Shown: positions 36,268 to 46,447, counted from the stretch's first letter. The stretch is DNA of 64,000 nucleotides from an uncultured delta proteobacterium (GCA_963755125.1 CAVWIP010000002.1:96001-160000), one strand, 5' to 3'. The notes: generated by a model from the sequence alone, not told the origin. A program made the numbers and translations.

Positions 36268-38212
36268 GTTCGTAATCCCGCCGGGCGCTGTCGCAGTTGC
36301 GGCCGGCCTCGCGTTCCTGGCGGCGGTGTATCTGGTCGACTATCCGGCGAATAGGCTGGCGCCCGAGGCCGCGGCTTCGCTGGAACTTCTCGATCGCAAC
36401 GGCAACCGGCTGCATTCCCTGCCGGTGCGCGGCGGCGGACGGGCTACCTGGATCGGGCTGGGCCAGGTGGCGCCGTCGGTGATCCTGGCCACCCTGGCTT
36501 CCGAGGATCACCGCTTCTTCGAGCATCACGGCGTGGACGCGCGCGCGGTGCTGCGGGCGTTGTGGCTCGACTTGCGCGGGGGCCGGGCGCGATCGGGCGC
36601 CTCCACCTTGACCATGCAGCTCGTGCGCATGGTCGAGCCGCGGCCTCGCGGCCTGGCCAACAAGCTGCGCGAGGCGGTTCTGGCCCTGCGCCTGGAACGC
36701 GCGCTCGACAAGCAGCAGATTCTCGAACAGTACTTGAACCGCGCCTATTACGGCAACGGCGCCTTTGGCATCGAGCAGGCCGCGCGCTACTATTTCGGCA
36801 AGCCGGCCTCCGCGCTGGGGCTGGCCGAGGGCGCTCTGCTGGCGATCCTGCCGCGTGCGCCAACTGCCTACGATCCAAAACGCCACCTGCCAGCGGCGCT
36901 GGCCCGGCGGGCACATGTGCTGGATCTGCTGGCGCAGCGCGGGCTGGTCACCCGTGAGGATCGGCAGCATGCCGAGGCCACGGCCCTGGCCTTCACCTTC
37001 AGCGCGCCTGACCCGGGACTGGCGCCACACTTTTGCGACTGGGTGCTGGCCGGGCTCACTCCTGCGCAACGGGCGCATGGCGGTCCGCTGCGGACCACGT
37101 TGGATCTGGATGTGCAGCGCGATCTGGAGCGCGCGGTGTGGGCGCATGTCGACGAGCGGCGCGCTCTGGGCCTGCGCGAGGCAGGCGCCGTCATGCTGGA
37201 ACCTGCAACGGGCGCCGTGCTGGCCATGGTGGGCTCACCCGAATACGGCGGGCCGGCGGGCCAGCTCAACATCACCACCACGCCCCGCCATCCCGGCTCC
37301 GCGCTCAAGCCTTTTCTCTATGCTCTGGCCAGCGAGCGCGGCGACACGCCCGCGACAATCGCGTTTGACGTCGCCGACGTCGAGTCAGAGTGGCACCCGG
37401 GGCGCGAGGTGCGGGAGCACGGGCCGGCTCGCTATCGCGAGGCACTCGCCGGCTCGTACAACCTGGCCGCGGTTCACGTGCTGGAGCACGTAGGCGTGGA
37501 GAATTTGCTCGACCGCTTGCGCGCGGCCGGGCTGGGCCCGCTGGCCGGAACCGCCGCTGACTACCGGCTGGGCCTGGCCCTGGGTTCGGCCAAGGTGCGC
37601 CTTGTGGATCTCGCCGCGGCCTATGGCTTTCTGGTGAATCGCGGAATGGTGGAGCGCGCCCACGGCGTGGGCTCGCCGGCCGCTCCAGTGCGGCTTTTCG
37701 ACGAGAAAGTGAGCTGGCTGGTGATGGACATGCTGGCCGATGCGGACGCTCGTCGACAGGTGTTCGGAGCCGAGTTGCCGGTGGACTTGCCGTTTCCCGT
37801 GGCCATCAAGACTGGGACATCCGGCGGCTTCGCCGACGCCGTGGCAGTGGGCGCCACCCGCGAGGTCATTGTGGCGGCCTGGGCCGGCAGCTTCGATGGC
37901 ACGGGCACGCGCGGCTCGCTGGCCATGTGGAGCGCGGCGCCCCTGGTGCGCGCGGGTCTGCTCGCCATGGCCAGTCGCCGTCCGTTGACCCTGCCGCCGC
38001 GACCTGACGGCATTGTCACACGTGAAGTGTGCCGACTGTCCGGCATGCGCCCCGGCCCGCACTGTGCCACCAAGTCCGAGTTCTTCGTGGCCGGCAGAGA
38101 GCCTACCGAGACCTGCACGTGGCACCGCCTGCGCAATGGCCGTGTCACAGTCGAATTTCCGTCGGAGCTGGCCGCGTGGGCTGCGCGAAGTGGGCAGACG
38201 GGAGCAAGGTGA
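36227..38212 (+). CDS. pbpC: Penicillin-binding protein 1C (transglycosylase/transpeptidase)
   Basis: EDHRFFEHHGVD, GASTLTMQL, PGSALKPF (SxxK), SYN, KTGTS; directly follows the alpha-2-macroglobulin gene. Confidence 0.88.
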   Translation: MAAAPVARFRWFARFVIPPGAVAVAAGLAFLAAVYLVDYPANRLAPEAAASLELLDRNGNRLHSLPVRGGGRATWIGLGQVAPSVILATLASEDHRFFEHHGVDARAVLRALWLDLRGGRARSGASTLTMQLVRMVEPRPRGLANKLREAVLALRLERALDKQQILEQYLNRAYYGNGAFGIEQAARYYFGKPASALGLAEGALLAILPRAPTAYDPKRHLPAALARRAHVLDLLAQRGLVTREDRQHAEATALAFTFSAPDPGLAPHFCDWVLAGLTPAQRAHGGPLRTTLDLDVQRDLERAVWAHVDERRALGLREAGAVMLEPATGAVLAMVGSPEYGGPAGQLNITTTPRHPGSALKPFLYALASERGDTPATIAFDVADVESEWHPGREVREHGPARYREALAGSYNLAAVHVLEHVGVENLLDRLRAAGLGPLAGTAADYRLGLALGSAKVRLVDLAAAYGFLVNRGMVERAHGVGSPAAPVRLFDEKVSWLVMDMLADADARRQVFGAELPVDLPFPVAIKTGTSGGFADAVAVGATREVIVAAWAGSFDGTGTRGSLAMWSAAPLVRAGLLAMASRRPLTLPPRPDGIVTREVCRLSGMRPGPHCATKSEFFVAGREPTETCTWHRLRNGRVTVEFPSELAAWAARSGQTGAR

Positions 38213-38373
38213 GCGACATTTCGGCCTTTGCCAATTTGTGCGTGTTGAGATAGTTTCGGTTTCGGGCGCCACTTGCACATCTTGCGCGCCTGTTGCTTGG
38301 GCCGATAGTCGCCGGAACCCACTGGCGGCTTGGCTCAATCGAATAGATCAACCAGCGAGAGAAAGGGACGGAA

Positions 38374-39147
38374 ATGGAGAAGCGCAACGCGATCAATGCC
38401 TGGTATGGATGGGTTCCGGATCGACCGGATCACCGCGACCAACTCTATTCGGCCATCGCGGCGCCGCCGCGCAAGTTGCCGCCAGCAGTGGATCTGCGCG
38501 CGACCTGTTCCCCGGTCGAGAACCAGGGACAATTGGGCAGTTGCACGGCCAACGCGCTGGTGGGCAACCTGGAATTTCTCGAGAAGAAGGCGGGCAAGCC
38601 GGCAACGGATCTGAGCCGCCTGTTCATCTATTACAACGAGCGGGCACTGGAAGGAACGGTCAATGAGGACGCCGGCGCCATGATCCGCGACGGCGTCAAG
38701 ACGCTGGTCAAGCAAGGCGTGTGCACCGAGAAGAAGTGGGGCTACGACATTGCCAAGTTCGCGGTGAAGCCCACCGCCGCCTGCTACCAGCAGGCGCTCA
38801 CTCACCAGCTACAATCCTATCATCGCATCCTGACGCTGCAGGATATGCGGGCGTGCCTGGCCGAGGGCTATCCTTTCGTCTTTGGCTTCACGGTCTATTC
38901 GGCCTTCGAGTCGGCGAGCGTGGCCAATACCGGTCAGGTCAACCTGCCCAAATCCAGCGAGAAGTCGCTGGGCGGACACGCGGTCATGGCGGTGGGTTAT
39001 GACGACGCCAGCAAGCGTTTTCTGGTGCGCAATTCCTGGGGCAAGGACTGGGGACTGCAGGGCTACTTCACCATGCCGTACGGTTATCTCGACGACCGCA
39101 ACCTCGCGGACGATTTCTGGACCCTGCGCGTGCTCGAAAACCCGTAG
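38374..39147 (+). CDS. Papain-like C1 family cysteine peptidase
   Basis: QGQLGSCTAN, SRLFIYY, GGHAVMAVGYDD, RNSWG. Confidence 0.93.
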   Translation: MEKRNAINAWYGWVPDRPDHRDQLYSAIAAPPRKLPPAVDLRATCSPVENQGQLGSCTANALVGNLEFLEKKAGKPATDLSRLFIYYNERALEGTVNEDAGAMIRDGVKTLVKQGVCTEKKWGYDIAKFAVKPTAACYQQALTHQLQSYHRILTLQDMRACLAEGYPFVFGFTVYSAFESASVANTGQVNLPKSSEKSLGGHAVMAVGYDDASKRFLVRNSWGKDWGLQGYFTMPYGYLDDRNLADDFWTLRVLENP

Positions 39148-39148
39148 G

Positions 39149-40198
39149 TTAACCCAGATAGGGATAGTCAGCACTGACGAGGCGCGCGTCTTTCATGGCG
39201 ACCCAAAAGGCAGCCGGAATATCCGCATTCGCCAGATCCCGGTTGCGTTGCACTTGCTCGGGACGGCTGGTGTTGAGCGCGACTGCGGCGACCCCTGGCG
39301 GGGACATGGCAAAGCTCAGGCAAGCAGCGGCCGGCAGGACGTCGTGTTTCCGGCAGAGCGCGTGGAATCTTTCCCGCCAGGCAAACAGCGGCTTGTCTGC
39401 TGGATCGTCCTGGCGCACTTCGCGGTAGTCGAAGAACTTTCCGCCGGTAAGAAAGCCCGCGTGAAAGACCGCGGAATTGATGATGCCAATGCCACGCTCG
39501 CGCAGCGACGCGACCAGCGCGACCACTTCGGGCGGGTGGTGAAACACCGTCAGAGAACACGCCAGCATGACCCAGTCCAGATTCGCGACCTCAGCCAACT
39601 CGCGCACCACACGCCAGTCCTTGGCGCCCACGCCAATGGGTCCGACTTGCCCCTGCTTCTTCAGTTCGTGCAGGGCTCGGTAGGCACCCAGCACGTCCTG
39701 CAGGACGTGCCGGCGTTCGGCCGGACCTGTCGCGGAATTGAGGAATTCATCGGGATCGTGCACGGAAACCAGGCGCGGCCGATAGGGCGCGCCCAAAAGA
39801 TCGCAGCCCTGGCCCCAGCAGCGGAGAATGCCTTGGTAGCTGATGGCCTGTTCGGCGTCGTGTTCGAGACCAAACCAGACCCCTCGCTCGAAGGTCGGCT
39901 CGGGACCGCGCAGAGGCGTGCGCACCCAGGCCAGCTTATTGCTGATAATGACCTTGTCGGGTGGAACACCAAGAGTGCGCAATCCGTTGCCGATTACTTC
40001 CAGCGCCAGCCCCGCGCCGTACTTGCCTGCAGAATCGAGCACCACGGACCCATCCGTGCCGTTGACCATCTCGCGGAGGATGGCCAGCTTGGTCTCGGCC
40101 GAATAGGCTTGGTAGAGATTTCCCAGCGCGCTTGTGCCGAAAACAATCGGAGGAATCTCCAGTCCGGTCTTTCCCAGTTCACGCATCCTTGCTGTCAT
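39149..40198 (-). CDS. Aldo/keto reductase (aldose/L-fucose dehydrogenase-like)
   Basis: Start MTARMRELGKTG; FGTSALGNLY, DSAGKYGAG, SNKL, SVHDPDE, IGVGAK. Confidence 0.85.
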   Translation of the reverse strand: MTARMRELGKTGLEIPPIVFGTSALGNLYQAYSAETKLAILREMVNGTDGSVVLDSAGKYGAGLALEVIGNGLRTLGVPPDKVIISNKLAWVRTPLRGPEPTFERGVWFGLEHDAEQAISYQGILRCWGQGCDLLGAPYRPRLVSVHDPDEFLNSATGPAERRHVLQDVLGAYRALHELKKQGQVGPIGVGAKDWRVVRELAEVANLDWVMLACSLTVFHHPPEVVALVASLRERGIGIINSAVFHAGFLTGGKFFDYREVRQDDPADKPLFAWRERFHALCRKHDVLPAAACLSFAMSPPGVAAVALNTSRPEQVQRNRDLANADIPAAFWVAMKDARLVSADYPYLG

Positions 40199-40345
40199 GA
40201 CAGAAGCCTCTTGCTGCCGGTCCTTGTCCAGTTCATTGAGCCGATGCTTGACAATGTGGGACAATACACCAAATTCGCCAAGCGAGTCGAATCGTCTCTT
40301 TCCTGCTAGGCACAGTGGAAAACAAGGAGTTATACTGCCCTCACA

Positions 40346-40705
40346 ATGTCCAATATCACTCCTGAAGTGGAAGCCCTGGTTCGCAATTTTGCTGGCCGTT
40401 TGATTGCTGCCATCGAGGCAGACGTTACCCGCCGACTGCAAGCAGTGCTGGCGTCTGCACTCGGCACGCCCGCCCCGTCCGCGGCAGCGCCGCGCGAGTC
40501 GATGGGCAAGTCGTCGCCTGTCGCCCGCCCGGTACGTCGTGCGAAGAAGGTGAGTCGGGCACTGGTCCAGGCCCGCAAGCTCCAGGGCCGGTATCTCGGC
40601 GCCCTGCGCGGCTTGAAGCCGGCCGACCGCGCGCGCGTGAAAGCAGCGGCTCATGAGAAGGGCCTGCTTACGGCGATCGAGCTGGCCCATTCCATCAAGC
40701 GCTGA
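40346..40705 (+). CDS. Small basic helical hypothetical protein (possible DNA-binding)
   Basis: AAGGAG upstream; 119 aa; basic C-half RKLQGRYLGALRGLKPADRARVK. Confidence 0.6.
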   Translation: MSNITPEVEALVRNFAGRLIAAIEADVTRRLQAVLASALGTPAPSAAAPRESMGKSSPVARPVRRAKKVSRALVQARKLQGRYLGALRGLKPADRARVKAAAHEKGLLTAIELAHSIKR

Positions 40706-40836
40706 GGCGGGGGCTATTTCCCAGGGGCCTTGCGCCTGGGCGCAGGGTTTGTTCGGTCACGCCCACGACGTTATGCGGCGCTCGCGGGATTGTGGTGTGG
40801 TTGCCGTTCGCGTGGCCGACCTGCTATGACCTCGGC

Positions 40837-41124
40837 ATGTGCCTGGGCATACCCGGCAAGGTGATCGGCATCGACGGCCTGGAAGCCACGGTCGACTTCT
40901 TCGGCGTGCGACGACAGGTGCGCCTCGACGTGGTGGACGAGCCGGTGGCGCCCGGCGACTACGTGCTCAACCACGTGGGCTTCGCCATCCGCCGCATCCC
41001 CGAGTCCGAGGTGGACGAGACACTCAAGCTGTTCGCCGAGCTGGCTGCGGCCGGGGACGATCAGGATCTGCTGGCGGCGGACCTGCGCGCCGAACTGGCG
41101 GCCACCCGGGAGAGCAAGAAGTGA
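40837..41124 (+). CDS. hypC: HypC/HybG/HupF hydrogenase assembly chaperone
   Basis: MCLGIPGKV, PGDYVLNHVGFAI. Confidence 0.95.
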   Translation: MCLGIPGKVIGIDGLEATVDFFGVRRQVRLDVVDEPVAPGDYVLNHVGFAIRRIPESEVDETLKLFAELAAAGDDQDLLAADLRAELAATRESKK

Positions 41125-42260
41125 CGGTCGCGCCCGACGGGGTGGCTGAGCTCAAGTTCCGCGATCCGGGTCGTGCGCGTGAGTTGACCACGGCGCTGGC
41201 GCGCCTGGTCCAGTCGCTCGGTCGTGCGCCGGTGATACTCATGCACGTGTGCGGCACCCACGAGCAGGCCATCGCGCGCTTTGGCCTGCGTTCGACCCTG
41301 CCGCCCGCGCTGCGTGTGATCATGGGCCCTGGCTGCCCGGTGTGTGTCACCGACCTTGGCGAGGTGGACGAGGGCGTGGCCCTGGCTCTGCAGGGCGTGC
41401 GCATTGCCACCTACGGCGACATGCTGAAGCTGCCGGGCAGTTCAAAGTCGCTGGCCGACGCGCAGGCCGAGGGCGCCCGGGTCGAGGTGGTGTACAGTGC
41501 GACCCAGGCGGTGGACCTGGCGCGCGCGAGCAACGGGCCGGTCGTGTTTTTTGCATCGGGCTTCGAGACCACGGCCGTGATCACGGCTGCAATCCTGCTG
41601 GCCAAGCCGCCCGCGAATTTTTCCGTGCTGTCGGCGCACAAGTACGTTCCCCCGGCCATGGAGGCCGTGGCTTGCTTGCCCGAGGCGCGGGTCGAGGGCT
41701 TCCTGGCCGCGGGCCACGCGGCTGTGATCACCGGCTATGGCCTGTTTGAGGACTTTGCCCGCCGCCATCGCACGCCCGTTGTGGTGGCAGGCTTCGAGCC
41801 GCTCGACATCCTGGCTGCGTTGGTCAAGCTGCTGGAAATGATCCGCGATCGCGAGTTTAGCGCGGCCAACGCCTACCCGCGCTGCGTGACCCGCGAGGGT
41901 AACCGGCACGCGCAGGAGTCACTGTGGCGCGTGTTCGAGGCGGCCGACGGTCCCTGGCGTGGCATCGGCGTGATCCCCAATGGCAACTTGCAATTGCGCG
42001 AAGAGTGGGCTGTCTGGGATGCTCGGCGCCGTTTTCGCATCGACGTCTCGGGCCTGCAGCAGGCGGGGCAGTCGGAACTGTCGCGGCGCTGTCTGTGCGG
42101 CAAGATCATGGTCGGGCTGGTCGAGCCAACGGATTGCCCGCTTTTCGGCCGGGAGTGTTTGCCGGATTCGCCGGTGGGCGCGTGCATGGTATCCAGCGAA
42201 GGCACGTGCAAGATCTGGCATCGATACGGAGGACGCCCGCACCTGGGCGGCACGCCATGA
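41121..42260 (+). CDS. hypD: Hydrogenase formation protein HypD
   Basis: GTG 41121; CGTHE, GPGCPVC, GFETT, GFEPLD, CPLFG..C.P..PVGACMVSSEGTC. Confidence 0.95.
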   Translation: MTVAPDGVAELKFRDPGRARELTTALARLVQSLGRAPVILMHVCGTHEQAIARFGLRSTLPPALRVIMGPGCPVCVTDLGEVDEGVALALQGVRIATYGDMLKLPGSSKSLADAQAEGARVEVVYSATQAVDLARASNGPVVFFASGFETTAVITAAILLAKPPANFSVLSAHKYVPPAMEAVACLPEARVEGFLAAGHAAVITGYGLFEDFARRHRTPVVVAGFEPLDILAALVKLLEMIRDREFSAANAYPRCVTREGNRHAQESLWRVFEAADGPWRGIGVIPNGNLQLREEWAVWDARRRFRIDVSGLQQAGQSELSRRCLCGKIMVGLVEPTDCPLFGRECLPDSPVGACMVSSEGTCKIWHRYGGRPHLGGTP

Positions 42261-43270
42261 GCCGCGACGCGATTGTACAGAAGCACGGCGCAGGCGGCCC
42301 GGCCATGCGCGCGCTCATTGAGAAGGTTTTCGTCGCGGGGCTCGGCCCGGCCGGCGCGGGCCTGGCTGCCATGGACGACGGCGCGGCGATTGCGGTCGGC
42401 GATCGCTTCCTGGTGTTGACCACCGACTCCTATGTCGTCAAGCCGCTCTTCTTTCCCGGCGGCGACATTGGCCGACTGGCCATTTGCGGCACCGTCAATG
42501 ACCTGTCGATGATGGGCGCCACCGAGCCCCTGGGTCTCACCTGCGCCGTCGTCATCGAGGCTGGCTTTGCCATCGCCGATCTGGAACGCATTCGCGATTC
42601 GATGCGCGCCGCCTGTGCCGAGGCTGGTGTCTGCATCGTGACCGGCGACACCAAGGTCATGGGCAAGGGCGAGTTGGACGGAATCGCGATCAACACCGCG
42701 GGCGTGGGTTTTGCCAATCGGGTGGTGCCCGATTCCGGTCTGCGGCCCGGGGATCGCATCATCGTCACGGGCAGCGTGGGCGATCACGGTTTCGCAGTCA
42801 TGGCTGCGCGACACAAGTTGCAACTCGAAGGCGCGCTGGTCTCGGACGTGGCGCCGCTCAATGGATTGGTACGCGCGGCACTGGCTGTTGGCGGCGAGCA
42901 CATCAGCGCCATGAAAGATCCAACCCGCGGCGGTCTGTCGAGCGCGCTACACGAGATGGCCGCCAAGGGTCAGGTGGGTATCGTGCTCGACGAGGTATCT
43001 TTGCCGGTGCGGCCCGAGGTGCGCGCGGCCAGCGAGCTTCTGGGCATCGATCCCCTGCACGTGGCCAACGAAGGCAAGGCGGTGATCGGTGTGCGCGCAG
43101 AGGCCGCCGACCGCGTGTTGCAAGCCCTGCAGGCCCACCCTCTGGGCCGCGACGCCGCGATCATCGGCACCAGCGTGGCCGAGCGGCCCGGCTCCGTGAT
43201 CCTCGATACCGGCTTCGGCCGGCGCCTGCTGGCAGAGCCGGATGGCGAACTGCTGCCCAGGATTTGCTGA
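42257..43270 (+). CDS. hypE: Hydrogenase expression/formation protein HypE
   Basis: HGAGG, TTDSYVVKPLFFPGGDIG, TGDTKV, DPTRGG, C-terminal PRIC. Confidence 0.96.
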   Translation: MSRDAIVQKHGAGGPAMRALIEKVFVAGLGPAGAGLAAMDDGAAIAVGDRFLVLTTDSYVVKPLFFPGGDIGRLAICGTVNDLSMMGATEPLGLTCAVVIEAGFAIADLERIRDSMRAACAEAGVCIVTGDTKVMGKGELDGIAINTAGVGFANRVVPDSGLRPGDRIIVTGSVGDHGFAVMAARHKLQLEGALVSDVAPLNGLVRAALAVGGEHISAMKDPTRGGLSSALHEMAAKGQVGIVLDEVSLPVRPEVRAASELLGIDPLHVANEGKAVIGVRAEAADRVLQALQAHPLGRDAAIIGTSVAERPGSVILDTGFGRRLLAEPDGELLPRIC

Positions 43271-43283
43271 CGGCGTTGCGTGG

Positions 43284-44102
43284 TTACATCGCAAACGCAA
43301 TCCCGGTCACGCTGACCTTCGCGACGCGGTTGAGCCAGGCCAACCAGCGCACTCGAGGATAGTAGTAGCGGGCGATGTCCACGACCGCGATGCCAAATAT
43401 CATCGAGCTGAGCAGGAGGCGCGGGGCGCCGCCATCCCGGGAGATGCCGCGGATGTCGCCGTCGGTGGGCTCCACACCCGTCCAGTTGGCGAGCACATAG
43501 CCGATGGACAACAGAGTATTGAGTGCCAGCATGCCCTTGCGAAAGGGCGCGTCGTCCGTGCGCAGTCCCGGTCGCCAGGTCAGCATGACCTCGTCCTCGT
43601 AGTGCTGGCACTGGATGCCCGCCGACACGATGGTGTACAGCCCGGGCCGGCCGGCCCAGTAGTGTTCGCCATTGCTCTTGGTGCAGTCACCGCCCCGGCA
43701 ACGGATCGACGGAACGATGGCAAAGTAGGGAATGAAACCCAGGAAGGTCACGGGCTCGAAGCTGGGCCGGTTGCCCGTGGCCAGGTTGGCGAGCAGGTGG
43801 CAGGACTCGTGCGCCGCCAGGGCGGTGACCGCGCCGCCGGCGAAGATGGCAGTCGAGCGCCATGTGAATGGCGGAGGCATAGGTTCAACCGGCGTGGCAG
43901 CGACAGGCAAAACGGGTTTCGGTGACTTGGGCTGCGGGCTTTCGGCCAGCGGTGCGGTCGCGACCGGCGCTCGCTCCCCAGGGGGCGATTCGGGTGTGGG
44001 CGTTTCCTGAGCGACTGTCACTCGGGCAGCCAGCACGGACGCAATGGACACCAGCACCGCCAGAGCGCCGCCACCGCAACGGTCAGAGAGCCACGCCGGC
44101 AT
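43284..44102 (-). CDS. Hypothetical membrane/secreted protein
   Basis: Signal-like N-terminus, Pro-rich linker, AHESCH (HExxH) within a hydrophobic segment. Confidence 0.55.
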   Translation of the reverse strand: MPAWLSDRCGGGALAVLVSIASVLAARVTVAQETPTPESPPGERAPVATAPLAESPQPKSPKPVLPVAATPVEPMPPPFTWRSTAIFAGGAVTALAAHESCHLLANLATGNRPSFEPVTFLGFIPYFAIVPSIRCRGGDCTKSNGEHYWAGRPGLYTIVSAGIQCQHYEDEVMLTWRPGLRTDDAPFRKGMLALNTLLSIGYVLANWTGVEPTDGDIRGISRDGGAPRLLLSSMIFGIAVVDIARYYYPRVRWLAWLNRVAKVSVTGIAFAM

Positions 44103-44119
44103 GCCCGCCCGCACGGTAC

Positions 44120-45196
44120 CTACTCGCGAATCCAGTTCACCACGAAGAGACCATGCCCGCCCTGGATGCCGGTGCCGGTGCTGTTGAGGGCGCCACCCGC
44201 GTCGGTGCTCAGCATGTTGTCGGGCCATGGTCCGTCGACCGGGGCGTTGGGGCTCAGGATGCAGCTCGCGTCGGTGCCCTCATCGAGCTTCCAGGCTACC
44301 CCGCTGATGTCGTTCTGTGACATCCACGCGAACCAAAGGTTGGCCTCGTCCTCGCAGACGTAATCGTGGTTGGCGCTGACCAAACCCCCGTCCGAGTAGG
44401 TCGCACCGAACTCGGTCACGAAGAGCGCGATGCCGGCGGCAATGGCGGTGTTGCCCCTGTCGCGCAGCGACTGCGTGTGGGTACACGAGTAGAAGTGCAG
44501 GGTGTAGAGCAAATTGGTTCCGGCGACTGGGTCCGCGGCCGCTTCATCCACGTATTGCGACCAGTTGGGCGTGCCCAGCACAATCAAGTTGTCCGGATCC
44601 ACTGAGCGGATCGCCGCGACCACGACCTCGTGGTAGGCCTTGATCTGCGCCCAGGTGAACCCGTTCGGCTCGTTGTAGGGCTCCCAGATGACGTTGGGAT
44701 AGGCGCCGTACTTGGTCGCCATGTCGGTGAAGAACGCAACCGCCTGGTCCTGCTGGTTCACGGCCTGCTCGGTGTGCCAGTCGACCAGCACGTATACGCC
44801 AAGAGCGATCGCGTTCTGGACGACCGTGTCGACCTGGGCCTGCAGGCCCGAGGAAACCGGGGGCGGCGTTGCGGCACGGATCACCGACAGCTTCCAGTTG
44901 TCGCGCATGAACGCGAGAGCCGGCTTGCTCTCGGCAAAGGGCGCACTCTCCTCGGTGAGCCACATGCTGCTCACGCCCTTGAGCTGGACAGGCGCGCCTG
45001 CGGCGTCCAGAAGCTGGGTTCCCACGACCTGGAGCTGGCCGTGCACCGCCACCGGCGAGCCAGCCGGCGCAGCCGTGGCCACCGGTGGAGGAGTCCAGGG
45101 GACGATCTGGGGTGGATCACTGGCGCAGGCCAGGGTCAAGCAGGGCACCATGAAGAGGGCTACGGACAGAGTGTGTGTGCGCACTTGTGCATCCAT
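44120..45196 (-). CDS. Glycoside hydrolase family 5 (endoglucanase-like) lipoprotein
   Basis: Lipobox TLAC; QLKGVSSMW, VDWH, YNEP (acid/base), HFY, VTEFG (nucleophile). Confidence 0.9.
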   Translation of the reverse strand: MDAQVRTHTLSVALFMVPCLTLACASDPPQIVPWTPPPVATAAPAGSPVAVHGQLQVVGTQLLDAAGAPVQLKGVSSMWLTEESAPFAESKPALAFMRDNWKLSVIRAATPPPVSSGLQAQVDTVVQNAIALGVYVLVDWHTEQAVNQQDQAVAFFTDMATKYGAYPNVIWEPYNEPNGFTWAQIKAYHEVVVAAIRSVDPDNLIVLGTPNWSQYVDEAAADPVAGTNLLYTLHFYSCTHTQSLRDRGNTAIAAGIALFVTEFGATYSDGGLVSANHDYVCEDEANLWFAWMSQNDISGVAWKLDEGTDASCILSPNAPVDGPWPDNMLSTDAGGALNSTGTGIQGGHGLFVVNWIRE

Positions 45197-45345
45197 TTCA
45201 ATTGGGAGAGTTGCGAACCGGCGGGCAAGGGCCACTTCTATCCCTGACGTTGCTGGTCCCTACTGCACCGTATGGTCAAGCCTCGGTTGTAGCGGACTCG
45301 ATGGCCTGGAGCACGAACGATTTTCCACGGTGTAGACTGCCTGCC

Positions 45346-45747
45346 ATGTCGCGTCCCACGGCCGTGCACCACATCGCCATCAAGGTCCGGGATCTGACAC
45401 GCGCCGAGCACTTCTTCGTGCAGACGCTGGGCCTTGTGGTGCTGCGGCGCTGGCCTGCGCAGGATGGCGCGGGCGAGCGCTCGCTCTGGCTCGACCTGGG
45501 GGCGGGCGCGTTTCTGGCGCTGGAGAAATCGTCGAGCCAGCGCGAACCGCCGGCGGACGGGCCCGGGCTGCACCTGCTCGCCCTGCGCATCGAGCGCGCC
45601 GAGCGCCGGGCGTGGATAGAGCGCCTGGCCAACGCAGGCGTGCCGCTCTGTGCGCAGACGGCATTCACCATATACTGCAAGGATCCCGAGGGCAATCGCA
45701 TTGGCCTGTCGCACTGGCCTGATCCGGTGCAGGGCGAAGCGGAGTAG
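45346..45747 (+). CDS. VOC/glyoxalase family protein
   Basis: VHHIAIKVRDL..AEHFF..LGL, DPEGNRI. Confidence 0.85.
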   Translation: MSRPTAVHHIAIKVRDLTRAEHFFVQTLGLVVLRRWPAQDGAGERSLWLDLGAGAFLALEKSSSQREPPADGPGLHLLALRIERAERRAWIERLANAGVPLCAQTAFTIYCKDPEGNRIGLSHWPDPVQGEAE

Positions 45748-45756
45748 ACTCTGTCC

Positions 45757-46008
45757 ATGCGCGCCGTTTTCGTCATGCTGAAGACCGACCCGGGCCACGT
45801 GACCGAGGTGGCCAATTGCATCGCCGAGATCGAAAGCTTCTCGGAAGCCTATAGCATCGGCGGGCAGTACGACCTGCTGGTCAAGCTGTACGTGGATGAC
45901 GTGGACGGTGTGGGTCGGCTCATCGAGCGGCAGATCCATCCCATCCCGCACATCCGCGAGACCTACACGCTGTTGACCTTCGAGGCCTTCGGGGCCCCGG
46001 GCGGGTAG
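45757..46008 (+). CDS. Lrp/AsnC ligand-binding domain protein (no HTH)
   Basis: 83 aa, YSIGGQYDLLVK, IRETYTL. Confidence 0.85.
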   Translation: MRAVFVMLKTDPGHVTEVANCIAEIESFSEAYSIGGQYDLLVKLYVDDVDGVGRLIERQIHPIPHIRETYTLLTFEAFGAPGG

Positions 46009-46103
46009 GCGTGGGCGCTCGCCCCGGGGGCTGCTACACTCACGCAATAAAGGAGTGCGGTGGTCTGGTTTTGCGGGTTTTCACCGAGTCGGAGGACAAC
46101 ACC

Positions 46104-46418
46104 ATGGCGTTCAGACAGATAGCTCTTTTCGTGACCTTGCTGGCTCTCGGCGGCTGTGGCGCTCCCCAGCTCGGTGCAAGCCATCCCGGCTACGGCAAGC
46201 AGCCCGATTGCTGGACCTCGGGCTGCCACGATCGCAGCCACACCATGCGACCAACCTACTGGCCGTACCAGTGCGCCGGCTGTCACGATAGCAACGGCGC
46301 GCCTCCCAGCCACGTTCCCCAATCGGCCGACCCCTGCGCGCCCTGCCACGGTCAGATGCACGGCGGACCCGCAGCCGGATTTATCGACCCCGTCGCCTGC
46401 GACGCCTGTCACGGCTGA
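46104..46418 (+). CDS. Small tetraheme c-type cytochrome lipoprotein
   Basis: GGAGG RBS; lipobox LGGC; CWTSGCH, CAGCH, CAPCH, CDACH plus four additional His. Confidence 0.8.
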   Translation: MAFRQIALFVTLLALGGCGAPQLGASHPGYGKQPDCWTSGCHDRSHTMRPTYWPYQCAGCHDSNGAPPSHVPQSADPCAPCHGQMHGGPAAGFIDPVACDACHG

Positions 46419-46447
46419 AGCGCGGTTTGTCTGACCCGTGGCACAGT

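Noticed and set aside
30496..38212. Alpha-2-macroglobulin + pbpC as a novel system
   Set aside because: A well-known conserved gene pair; the CLEQ thioester motif is canonical.
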